The notes beneath the pieces were generated by a model. That model had not been told where the DNA came from. It searched no databases and was given only the letters and a program-made list of their open reading frames with translations. A stretch of 64,000 nucleotides of DNA from Utricularia gibba (Eukaryota; Plantae; Magnoliophyta): assembly GCA_002189035.1 (NCBI GenBank), contig CM007989.1:248001-312000 (forward strand), given 5' to 3'. Shown in pieces: positions 24,241 to 34,576 of the stretch (position 1 is its first letter; every line of letters begins with the position of its first letter). Both the position numbers and the translations under genes were made by a program.

Positions 24241-26118
24241 ATGCGCCATCTCTTCAATCGGATCTCATTCTCGGGAGCTCTTTCCAGTTCAACTCTCTCC
24301 ATCGTTTATGGGAATCGGAATTGCTCAGGTTTCGTACCTCGGCCGCCGGCGGACGATCCCGCAGTGCTGTTGCAGGGCCGCATTTCGCATCATCATCTGC
24401 TCCAAATTCACGGCCGTGTTTACCGCTTTCTAGCGCACGACGACAATTTGGTCGCCACTCGTCTGATGGGTCACTACTCTTCAAATTCAGCTCTCAAAGT
24501 GTTTCACTCTCTGAGGAATCCGAATATTTTCCCTTTTAATGCTATCATCCGGGTTTTAGCCGAGGCAGCATTTTCAGTTGACGCGTTTTTTATTTTCAAA
24601 GCGCTCAAGTTTGGGGGAGTTTCGCCTAATGAATTAACCTTTTCGTTTCTTCTCAAGGCGTGTTCCAGAGAGGGTGCGCGCTCGGAACGCGTAGAACAGC
24701 TTCATTCTCATGTCTTGAAATCGGGATATCTTTGCGATGCCTTTGTTTGCTATGGCTTGATGATGGCTTATGACAAAGCGGTGAAGAGTATACTCGCTGC
24801 TCGTCACCTGTTTGATGAAATGCCGAACAGAAGTCTGGTTTGTTGCTGGACTTCTTTGATTTCCGGGTATGCTAAACGTGGACTTGGAGAAAAGGGACTC
24901 GACCTGTTTTGTAGAATGATGAAGGAGAATCTACGGCCTGAGACTGATACAATGGTTGGTGTTTTATCCGCATGTTCATCTCTTCCTAAACAGAACATCC
25001 AGAAATGGGCAACTCTCCTGGAACAACTCAGTAATTCTGATGATTATGTGAATATTTCACTGATTTATTTACATGGGAGATCGGGGAAAATCGATAAAAG
25101 CAGGGAAGCGTTTGATAGAATCTCTGAGAATGGCAAAAAAATGGTTCTTGTTTGGAACACTATGATCAATGCTTACCTTCAGAACGGATTTAGTTTAGAG
25201 GCTATTAGTATTTTCAGATCATTGATGACTAATTCTGATTGCTTACCCAATCATGTCACAATGGTTGGTGTTATTTCTGCTTGTGCCGAAGTTGGGGATT
25301 TGCATCTTGGCATTCAGGTTCATGAATACTTGAGGAAAAGTCGGCATAAAGCTTTGGTTTCCTCAAATGTGAATCTAGCTACTTCGTTGATAGATATGTA
25401 CTCAAAATGTGGTAGCTTGGGAGAGGCCTGGAAAGTTTTCAACGAAATGCATGAGAAAGATGCAGTTGCATTCAATGCCATGCTCACAGGTCTTGCAACA
25501 AATGGAAAAGGGTATGAAGCGTTGAGATTGTTCTCCGAAATGCAAGCTCTTAATCTCACCCCAAATCCCGGAACGTTCCTTGCTGTATTACAAGCATGCA
25601 ACCATTCTGGTTTGATCGATCAGGGCCGTGAGATTTTCAGCAAGATGATGAAGGGTTCACCTAGATTGGATCACTACGCTTGCTTCATCGACCTCTTGTC
25701 TCGCTCCGGTTTCATTGAAGAAGCTCTTGGGATTGCCACTTCCATGCCTTATAAGCCCAATAACTACATATGGGCAGCGCTTCTTGCGGGCAGTGTACTC
25801 CATAACAGGTTGGAAATGGTTGAAGGCATTTCAACATCCCTCGTTGCGGTCGACCCAGAGAACTCTGCCGGATACGTCTTGCTATCGAACTCCTTAGCTT
25901 CCGATCATCAATGGCAGCGCGTGGTGAATCTGCGACAGGGGATGAGGGAAAAGGGCGTCGGCAAGCAGATCGGAAGGAGCTGGATCAACGTTGGTGGAGA
26001 AGCTCGTGAATTTGTTGCGGGTTCCTCAGCTACTGTTGCTTTTCCTGGAATTGATCAGGTTCTTCAGTCTTTGATGAAGGAGATACAATTTTCATCAAGT
26101 CTCCTACATGGATCCTAA
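24241..26118 (+). CDS. PLS-class pentatricopeptide repeat protein, E subgroup (no DYW), intronless; likely organellar RNA-editing factor
   Basis: P/L/S-like repeats (WTSLISGYAKRG, WNTMINAYLQNG, ATSLIDMYSKCGSLGEAWKVF, AFNAMLTGLATNG, HYACFIDLLSRSG); E motif PNNYIWAALLAGS..HNRLE...DPENSAGYVLLSNSLA..QWQRVVNLRQGMREKGV.K..GRSWI. Confidence 0.92.
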   Translation: MRHLFNRISFSGALSSSTLSIVYGNRNCSGFVPRPPADDPAVLLQGRISHHHLLQIHGRVYRFLAHDDNLVATRLMGHYSSNSALKVFHSLRNPNIFPFNAIIRVLAEAAFSVDAFFIFKALKFGGVSPNELTFSFLLKACSREGARSERVEQLHSHVLKSGYLCDAFVCYGLMMAYDKAVKSILAARHLFDEMPNRSLVCCWTSLISGYAKRGLGEKGLDLFCRMMKENLRPETDTMVGVLSACSSLPKQNIQKWATLLEQLSNSDDYVNISLIYLHGRSGKIDKSREAFDRISENGKKMVLVWNTMINAYLQNGFSLEAISIFRSLMTNSDCLPNHVTMVGVISACAEVGDLHLGIQVHEYLRKSRHKALVSSNVNLATSLIDMYSKCGSLGEAWKVFNEMHEKDAVAFNAMLTGLATNGKGYEALRLFSEMQALNLTPNPGTFLAVLQACNHSGLIDQGREIFSKMMKGSPRLDHYACFIDLLSRSGFIEEALGIATSMPYKPNNYIWAALLAGSVLHNRLEMVEGISTSLVAVDPENSAGYVLLSNSLASDHQWQRVVNLRQGMREKGVGKQIGRSWINVGGEAREFVAGSSATVAFPGIDQVLQSLMKEIQFSSSLLHGS

Positions 26119-26374
26119 CCTTGGAGATTGGAACAGCAAATTTTTGGCTTTGATAGGGAGGAGTATACCATAAATAGGTATATTTTTTTGAGATATTATA
26201 TTAGCATTTGATATTTTTGTGTAACGGAACAAAGAAATAAATAAATTATTTATGTCAAGTGCGAATTGTATATTGGTATCTTCCATTTTTTAGGTTATAA
26301 TTTTTTATTATATTTTGCAGTGGGCTGGGGTTTAGAGATTTTTTCGTGCACCTGCTGCACCCCTCCCCTCGTCA

Positions 26375-28819
26375 ATGGCGGAGAAGCTTGCTCTCCCGCT
26401 TCTTCTTCCTAATCCCCCGCCGTCGAAGCCTTTTTTCCAAGAAACCCAACTCCACACCTCCAGCGTTCCTCCGCCATCTCAGTTGCACCAGCCTGTTTCT
26501 GTTCTGGATGACCTCTTTCTACGGCAGCAGAATCTTGCCTCCTCCACTACTTCTGTCCCCGGTCCTCGTCGTCGGATTGGAAAACATCGTGACCCCAACA
26601 AGGGCAAGCCATGGTTTCACGGAGAGCTATCTTCACGCGGTGAGCTCATTCTTCAATCCCTTATTGACCCGAAATTCCAAGTGGAAAAGATTGGCGAGGA
26701 GTTGTCGGCGTTGTTGAGTTACACTAATCAGGAAGATGAATTGCTGGGCGTTTGTTCAGAATCTGTGTTTTCTGATTGTTTTGCTATCATTAAAGCCTTG
26801 GGTCACCACAAAAAGGGGGATTTGGCTTTGGGTGTCTTCGAATGGATGAGGAAACAGAGGGGTTCCATGAACTTCATCAACGGCTCAATTTTAGCTGTAA
26901 TAGTTCGAATTTTGGGAAAAGAGGGTCGTGTTTCTGCTGCCGCTGCATTGCTTCACGATCTGAATAAAGATGGATTTGGAATTGATGTTTACGCGTACAC
27001 TTCATTGATAAGTGCTTTTGCCAATAACGGGAGGTATAGAGAGGCTGTTTTGGTTTTCAAGAAGATGGAGGAGGAGGGTGTCATGCCTACTTTGATCACT
27101 TACAATGTGATTTTGAGTGTGTATGGGAAAATGGGCATGCCCTGGCATAAAATCATGGCGGTTTTTGATGGGATGACGACCTCCGGTATAGTTCCAGATG
27201 CTTACACATACAATACAATGATAAGTTGTTGCCGGAGAGGGTCATTGTACGAGGAAGCTAAAGGAATTTTTGGGGAGATGAGATTAGCAGGTTATCAACC
27301 TGATAAGGTGACTTACAATGCGTTGGTGGATGTGTATGGGAAATCAAGGAGACCGAAGGAAGCCATGGAATTGCTGAAGGAGATGGAAGAGAATGGTTTC
27401 GCACCATGTGTTACAACATACAATTCAGTGATATCTGCTTACGCGAGAGATGGTTCGTTAGATGAAGCTATGGATCTGAAAGGTAAGATGCTTGAGAATG
27501 GGATTAAACCAGATGTATTCACTTACACAACTCTGCTCTCTGGCTATGAAAAGTCTGGGAAGGATGAGTTTGCCATGAAGGTATTCGCGGAGATGAAGAA
27601 TGCAGGTTGCAATCCAAACATATGCACCTTCAATGCTATGATCAAGATGTTTGGAAACCGAGGGAAGTTCACAGAAATGATGAAGATCTTCGATGACATG
27701 AAAGCATGCGGTTGCAAGGCTGATATAGTCACTTGGAACACTCTTTTAGCTGTGTTTGGGCAGAATGAGATGCACACTGAGGTTGCAGGTGTCTTCAAGG
27801 AAATGAAACGGTCTGGATTTTTGGCAGAGAGGGACACATTCAACACATTGATCAGTGCTTATAGCAGGTGTGGGTCTTTCGATCAGGCCATGGCGATTTA
27901 CAAGCTCATGATCGAAGCTGGGGTTGTTCCAGACCTGTCCACCTACAATGCGGTTCTAGCTGCATTGGCAAGGGGAGGGCTGTGGGAGCAGTCGGAGCAA
28001 GTGTTCGCTGAGATGAAAAATGGGCGTTGTAAACCAAATCAGCTCACTTACAGTTCCTTGCTTCATGCGTATGCAAATGGGAAACAAATTGAGAAGATAA
28101 ATGGTCTTGCAGATGAGATATATTCTGGAGTCATTGAACCACACGCTATCCTGCTCAAGACTCTGGTTCTAGTGTACGGTAAGTGTGATCTGCTGAAAGA
28201 AACCGAGAGGGCCTTCCAAGAGTTGCAACGAAATGGCTCCTCCCCAGATATTACAACTCTGAATGCAATGGTTTCCATCTACGGCCGGAGACGAATGATT
28301 GAGAAGGCTCAGGAGATTCTCAGCTTCATGAAACTGAGTGGCTTCACCCCAACGTTGGCAACATACAACAGCTTGATGTACATGTATAGCCGGTCTGAAA
28401 ACTTTGCGAAAGCCGAGGAAATTCTTCGGGATCTACTGGCGAAAGGAATCAAACCGGATTCCATTTCATACAACACTGTTATCTATTCATACTGCAGGAA
28501 CGGATTCATGAAGGAAGCATCAAGAATCTTGCTGGAAATGAGTGACTCCGGTGTTACTCCTGATGTCATCACATACAACACATTTATCTCAACCTATGCT
28601 GCAGCAGCGATGTTCGTGGAGGCCATTGATGTGCTCAAGTATATGATCAGCCATGGCTGCAAACCGAATGAAAGCAGCTACAATACAATTGTAGACTCGT
28701 ACTGTAAGCTGAACCGACGAGATGAAGCGAGGATGTTCATTGACAATCTTCGGAAATTGAACCCCCATATCTCCAGGAAGGAAGAAAAGAGGTTATCTGA
28801 GAGGTTGATGACAAGGTGA
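26375..28819 (+). CDS. P-class PPR protein (814 aa, resembles Arabidopsis At5g02860), intronless
   Basis: MAEKLALPLLLP start, RRRIGKHRDPNKGKPW, about 15 tandem 35-aa P repeats (DVYAYTSLISAFANNGRYREAV, PDKVTYNALVDVYGKS, PDVFTYTTLLSGY etc.). Confidence 0.93.
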   Translation: MAEKLALPLLLPNPPPSKPFFQETQLHTSSVPPPSQLHQPVSVLDDLFLRQQNLASSTTSVPGPRRRIGKHRDPNKGKPWFHGELSSRGELILQSLIDPKFQVEKIGEELSALLSYTNQEDELLGVCSESVFSDCFAIIKALGHHKKGDLALGVFEWMRKQRGSMNFINGSILAVIVRILGKEGRVSAAAALLHDLNKDGFGIDVYAYTSLISAFANNGRYREAVLVFKKMEEEGVMPTLITYNVILSVYGKMGMPWHKIMAVFDGMTTSGIVPDAYTYNTMISCCRRGSLYEEAKGIFGEMRLAGYQPDKVTYNALVDVYGKSRRPKEAMELLKEMEENGFAPCVTTYNSVISAYARDGSLDEAMDLKGKMLENGIKPDVFTYTTLLSGYEKSGKDEFAMKVFAEMKNAGCNPNICTFNAMIKMFGNRGKFTEMMKIFDDMKACGCKADIVTWNTLLAVFGQNEMHTEVAGVFKEMKRSGFLAERDTFNTLISAYSRCGSFDQAMAIYKLMIEAGVVPDLSTYNAVLAALARGGLWEQSEQVFAEMKNGRCKPNQLTYSSLLHAYANGKQIEKINGLADEIYSGVIEPHAILLKTLVLVYGKCDLLKETERAFQELQRNGSSPDITTLNAMVSIYGRRRMIEKAQEILSFMKLSGFTPTLATYNSLMYMYSRSENFAKAEEILRDLLAKGIKPDSISYNTVIYSYCRNGFMKEASRILLEMSDSGVTPDVITYNTFISTYAAAAMFVEAIDVLKYMISHGCKPNESSYNTIVDSYCKLNRRDEARMFIDNLRKLNPHISRKEEKRLSERLMTR

Positions 28820-29068
28820 TTATCAGGTGTTGTGCATCTGTAAATATTGAATAATCTTTCTATACAACAGAATGTAATGGGGAATAAATGAATTTTTAGG
28901 CAAGAGAGACAGGCACTCTGAATCCTTTTGGTTATCAAAATCAGCATATCCATTGAGAATTCTGATTCATCCAAGTGACCTCTAGATACAATATACCAAA
29001 GCAATTGCAAACCTTCTGAAGTATTCATCATACTTATTAGGCTCCCCAACTCCTAGACTTCAAAAAAA

Positions 29069-30904
29069 TCAATATATCATCTCTAATCTGGACTCCTCAG
29101 TGGGTAAGATCTTATCAGTTGACTTACCTACACATTCCTTTGAATTGTGCGCATAGATGTCAATAGGGGGAGAAACATTATATGTACCACTAGCTTTATG
29201 AGGAGTATGGGATGATGGAGGTGTCAGATGATCAAGATATACCACTATAACTGTGATATCATCGTGAAAATGGCGCCGGATTCCCTTTTCTATCTTCTTG
29301 ATGTCTTTGTACGGTAATTCTCTTTTCCTAGCAGCTTCTTCGAGTGCTGCTGCTACTAATCTCTTTGCGATTCCCTGAGAAAGGCATAAGATGTTGAGCA
29401 AATGGGATATTCAGGAGATGAGTACTTTGCTGTGTAAAGGAGCACCAGTCTACTTACAGCTCTTGGATGCTTTGATACTACGCGAACGGCCTCATCATCA
29501 GAGATGTGTTCCCAGAGACCATCTGACGCAAATATAATAAACAAATCTTGTGGCTGGAGTTTTCGGGTTACGATGGAAGGTTCAGCAGACAACAATGCTC
29601 GCTTCATGGGGACAAATTTTGCATGTTGCTGGAAGACGGGATCTCGATGAAACTCAGGTTTCTTCAGATAAACATCGCCAATGGATCTGGAGACCTACAG
29701 AGAAAAAAAATCAAAAAAATACTTAGCCATGGCAGTGTTATTCTGTGCAGATTGATATTAATGTACCGAAAGTTTCTGGATTGAAAAAATGACCAGACCG
29801 CACATAAACAAGGAAAAACAAGGATACCATAAAATGTAGATTTTAGTGCATACGTCCATCACCAGTTCGACTTCCAGCATTACAACAAACCGAGAGCACT
29901 AACTAAGTCAGCAGTGCAAGAATTCGATAAGCAAATTTTGAAAAATTAATACTTGTCTAAAAAGTTCAACTTTTGCACATAAAACACAAATTACCTGGAT
30001 TATCCCTCTGATTCTCCAAGCTCCTCGGCAATAGACTACGACTGTTGCATCATCAGGATGAAGAGCTTCAACCTCCCTGCGGACATTTTCGCACGAAACA
30101 TTATGGTCTGTAGACAACCTTTCTGCTACGAAATCTTTTTCTCCTCCAATCCCTCTTCTTCCTAGAACTGCTCTTGAATCCCTAGGTTCGCTACAAAAAG
30201 TTTTCCATCGGATATTCCACCAACGAGACAACAAGATCCGACGGAGACAATCTTCGGCTTTACGGGCATTGTTTGCTTTACAAACGACGTAAAATCATTT
30301 TCTGTAGCATTGAACGCCTTCCTGAAAACGTCCGCTGAAAACCCCCCTTGTTCATTTGAAAATTCTGCAACAAATATGGCACAATTCAGTACTAAATTGC
30401 CAGAAAAAGAGTACCAATTCGAGCTACTGACGAAATAACATCCACATAGCTTAGAAATATTCCCAGAAGCAACCTAAACCTAAGGAAATAACCACCAAAC
30501 GGCGGTAGAAACCATAAATCCCTAGATTAATGATTTCCATTACGTACACAGTCTATGATCCGAACTGCGAAAAAAATCAACATGCTGGAGATCCACGTGA
30601 TCGGTCAATAGGGGAAAACAAACAAAAAACAAATCCACTAAAGGAAGATCCGCGTACTCTGTAAGTAACGAAAAAGATGACGATTAACAAATCGAGAGGC
30701 TTCAGGGCCGCCGTGACCATCGTAAACTCCGACGTAAGTGGCGGAGGGCGACGCATAAACCTGGCTCTGATCCTCGAGACTGGAATTCGCCTGCACCACC
30801 GACATCGAAAACTCTCCAGTAGCGTGCGGCCTCAAATCCATATTCCACAGCAGCTGATCACCATCTCGCTGCCCGAAACAACGAGAAAAACACGATCGCA
30901 ACAT
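29069..30904 (-). CDS. Protein phosphatase 2C, clade D; 4 exons; apparent -1 frameshift at 30180-30182
   Basis: [120 protein letters not shown]. Confidence 0.93.
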
Positions 30905-32309
30905 CCCCGCCGTATCCGCTCTCAAAATCCTCCTGCCCTAGAAATTCAAAACCCCCAAAGTTCAACCCTAGAATCGCCTTGCAGGGGTCTATAAACAACG
31001 CTGGGGATTCGAGCGACGGCGCGCGGCCTCTTATGGAGACCGAACAGGAAAGTCTACTGGGATACACGCAAGTCTACACCGCCCCCCGCGTTGACATGAA
31101 GTGGGGGGATAAAAGTCTGACACGACGCGCTTATCTTCTTCACTAAAAAGTAATTGCCGTGCACCTCTCTCTGTGTTTTCCCCTTACAAATTAATATTAA
31201 CCATACGTTAAAAAATTGAATATTCAAAGTAATCACTCCCTATTTCTGGGTTTCCTGAGTTAATCTTACAATTATTTGGACATCCAAATTTTCTAAAGTG
31301 CAATTTATATTCAAATTTTTGATTATCAATACTTCATAGCACGATCTAATTTTAATGGTTCAATCCGATTGGTTCAGAACAAAATTAGAAACGATATATT
31401 GTGGTTATCATAAATAATTTGTTTAAAAACTCGTTTCAAGCTCATCACGTAAGTCATCAAACACCTATCCTCGGATAAAGTTTTGGTGCCAAAAACAAAT
31501 TACTATTTCCATACAATCATTGCACTAAAATAGTCAAATTTGAGTTTATTGTGGCTTTTACCATAATTACGTGCTCACAATTCAACGGGGAAATCGAAAT
31601 CGGCCAGACAACCGTCCACTGGGGTGTGGCGCAATTTAAATTTATAAAATATTATTCTATGTTAAATAACATTTTTTAATTACACAATCATATATATATA
31701 ATATAATGAATTATATATTCTAATATTTGTTGATTTAAACTTTCGTTTATTATTAAACACAAATTAAATTTAATTATTTTTACAATAGTAAAATATAATA
31801 TTAATTTTATTTTCCAAATAACTATGTATGATTTAATTTTGATTATTTTAATAATATTATATATAAGTGTATTTATAATTTTTCTGTAAAAGGGCATGAT
31901 AAATAATTATTTTTTAAATAATATTTCTTATAATAACATAATCACATTTTTAAAATAACTTAATAAAATGATGTAAATTAATCCCATCCACATTTAGTTA
32001 TTTTCATGAGATGCCCTTCAAGCAGTTTTTTGTATATTTTTTATTTGGGTTTGGATGCCTAATAATTTTAAAATATTATATACTTATCATAAAATTAAAA
32101 TATATTTTATGAAGTATTTAAATTCAAAATAGATAATTTGAATGTTTTAATTCAATAACATTTAAATTTAACTCATTTATCAAATATATAAAAATGATTT
32201 TTTTTTTTATTATTGAACACTTACTAACATAACACCACAATGCGGTAATGTATATTACAAGAGGGGCGGAGTGCGAGTATTTTACAGGCGGCTGGAAATC
32301 CGCATTGCA

Positions 32310-34025
32310 TTACTCCAATTTCATGAGAGAAGAGGATTCCGAGGGAGAGTCCTCCTGCAGAAGCCTATGGCTAACTTCTTCACCGGCGGCGACATCTTGG
32401 TTCACTTCAATGTCATGATCGCAACGACCCACGTGGCAATCACTGAACTTGACCCACTTTCTCTCCTTGGCGGCATTCAGGAGAGGATACAGAGCAACTC
32501 CCACCAGGATCACTATCCCGCTCACCAGATACGTCTTGGATGAGGCCAGGCACATGACGACGAGGAGGAGGAGCACCGGCGGCAGGCACAGGATCGTGGC
32601 GCCGACGGTTTGGAGGGGGATTCTGTAGGGTCTTGGGAGGTGTGGCTTTTTAATGCGGAGGACGATGAAGGCAGCGAACTCAAACAGCATCCCGATGGCG
32701 TAGAGGAAATTTAGGAACTCCAGGATCTCCTGGAAGCTCATCCACGACAGGAAGATGACTCCCATTGCAGAGCACAGGATGCTGAGCGTCGGTGTTCCGT
32801 ACCTTGATCTGCAGAATGATGGAGACACCGGTCAGTGCTAAAAGGAAAGAAAGCGGAAGAACTCATGGCATGATCTGAGTGCGCTAGTACCAGTCTTCAC
32901 GAGAACAATCAAATAACGGATTTCATAACTGAAACTGCACAGACATTGGAATACTTGGCACTAACTAACCTTGAAGCAAAGATAGAAGGGAGCATGCCGA
33001 TTTCACTCATGCCAAGTAGTTGGAAAGAATCACTGCTCATTTCAGCTGCAAACAGACCCATATTTGACAGAGCAGCGGCGAGTTGAATCCACCATTTCAA
33101 CCATGGTCCACCGATCATCTCACCAATCTGGGCAAAATAACCATCACTCCACTCGCCGGAATCCGTTTGGACCGCCCCAGTACCTGTAGAGAGAAATGGA
33201 TGGCATGTTATGAACACCGAACTGCAGATTCAAGAGATCGAAGAATCGTATCCACAAACCTGCAAGAAGAGGAATCAAGTAGGAGCATATCACCAAAACC
33301 AATGCTCCCAAAAGAGCTTTAGGGAATGTTCTACTAGGATTCTCAATCTCCCCAGCTAAAGTACTCGCATTATCCCAATAATTCAGGTTCCAAAACATAG
33401 AATTGAAATACCCGGTCCACTCTACTTTCTTAAAATCCACAGAAACCCATCTTCTAGGCCTGATTCGAGGAACAGAAAGAATTCCCATAGCAAGAAATGG
33501 CAAGAGCGAGAAACAGGCCAGCAAAAGAGCAGAGTACCCCACTATATGCAAGCCTCTGTAATTGCAATAAGTCAGAGAAAGAGTGATCCCCAACAGAGCT
33601 GGGATTCTCGCAAAAGGTTGCTCAAAAACAGGAAACGAGTGCTTTAAGTAATCAAGAAACAGAACTGGGTAAAGAGCGTTATCCATTACCCCACTTAGCC
33701 ATTTCCAGAACCCTTCTTGAAACCCCCAAAATGGGCCAAAAGCAGATGAAATCCAGATAACGTAACCACCATTATCTGGGAAGCTAGTGGCGAGTTCCGC
33801 GGTTATCAATGCTTCGGGAACGCTCCAAAACAGAGGGAAGATCAGGAATCCAAGCAAGGACAGCAGCGGACCTCCTCCTGCTCTTACAGAATCCTCCACT
33901 CCAAATGGACCCCCTGAAACTTCGTAGAAAATCAGAGCGATCAAAGGTAGAATCGTTAATTTGGGGCTCCGACTCGCGATTGCCGTGTCTTGGGCGTCAT
34001 CATTCTCGATTACATCGTCGCCCAT
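32310..34025 (-). CDS. Polyamine transporter (PUT/LAT family, APC superfamily; resembles At3g19553); exons 34025-33260, 33183-32970, 32808-32310
   Basis: [127 protein letters not shown]. Confidence 0.93.
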
Positions 34026-34576
34026 TCATACGGCGCAGAAGAGGAAAACCTGATACTCGGCAGAAAGGAAAATCGAAACTTTTCTACGCTGTAGCAAACT
34101 TTCAGTTGACCTCATCTACGCTTAGCCACGTTTAACTTATGTGCAGCAAAATACCAAGCTGTGTGGGAGCGTTTTGTACGGTACCTCGTTGTCTTCTTCT
34201 TTTTTTTTTTTTTACCTCGCGCGGATTAAAAAATATATTACCGTTATAAATCCGGGCCGCAAAATGGTGTCAGTTATTTGGGCCTATGATAATGGACCGG
34301 TCTGCGTCTTCCGATTAACCCAAAAGTTGGTTCTATAAATTAATTATAAATCCTTGGGCTGGGTTGTAATTTTTCAGGATTCTCTGCCAAATGAAACGGC
34401 TCTCATGACACGTAGACAGACCAGACCATCAGCCGATGATTTTCCGATGGCGAAGGAAGAGACAGGGAGAACCTCTTCCACAGCAAACAGATAACAATCC
34501 GAGATGCTTCTTCAAAGCACCATCTCATCGGCGTGGATCTGCAGATTGTTGTTGTTAGTTGTAATATCCACTCACA

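Noticed and set aside
31630-32230. Very AT-rich block as a possible MITE or Helitron (also 53440-53760, 55560-56130, 16930-17060)
   Set aside because: No convincing terminal inverted repeats, TSDs or Helitron 3' hairpin/CTRR; only short AT palindromes expected by chance.
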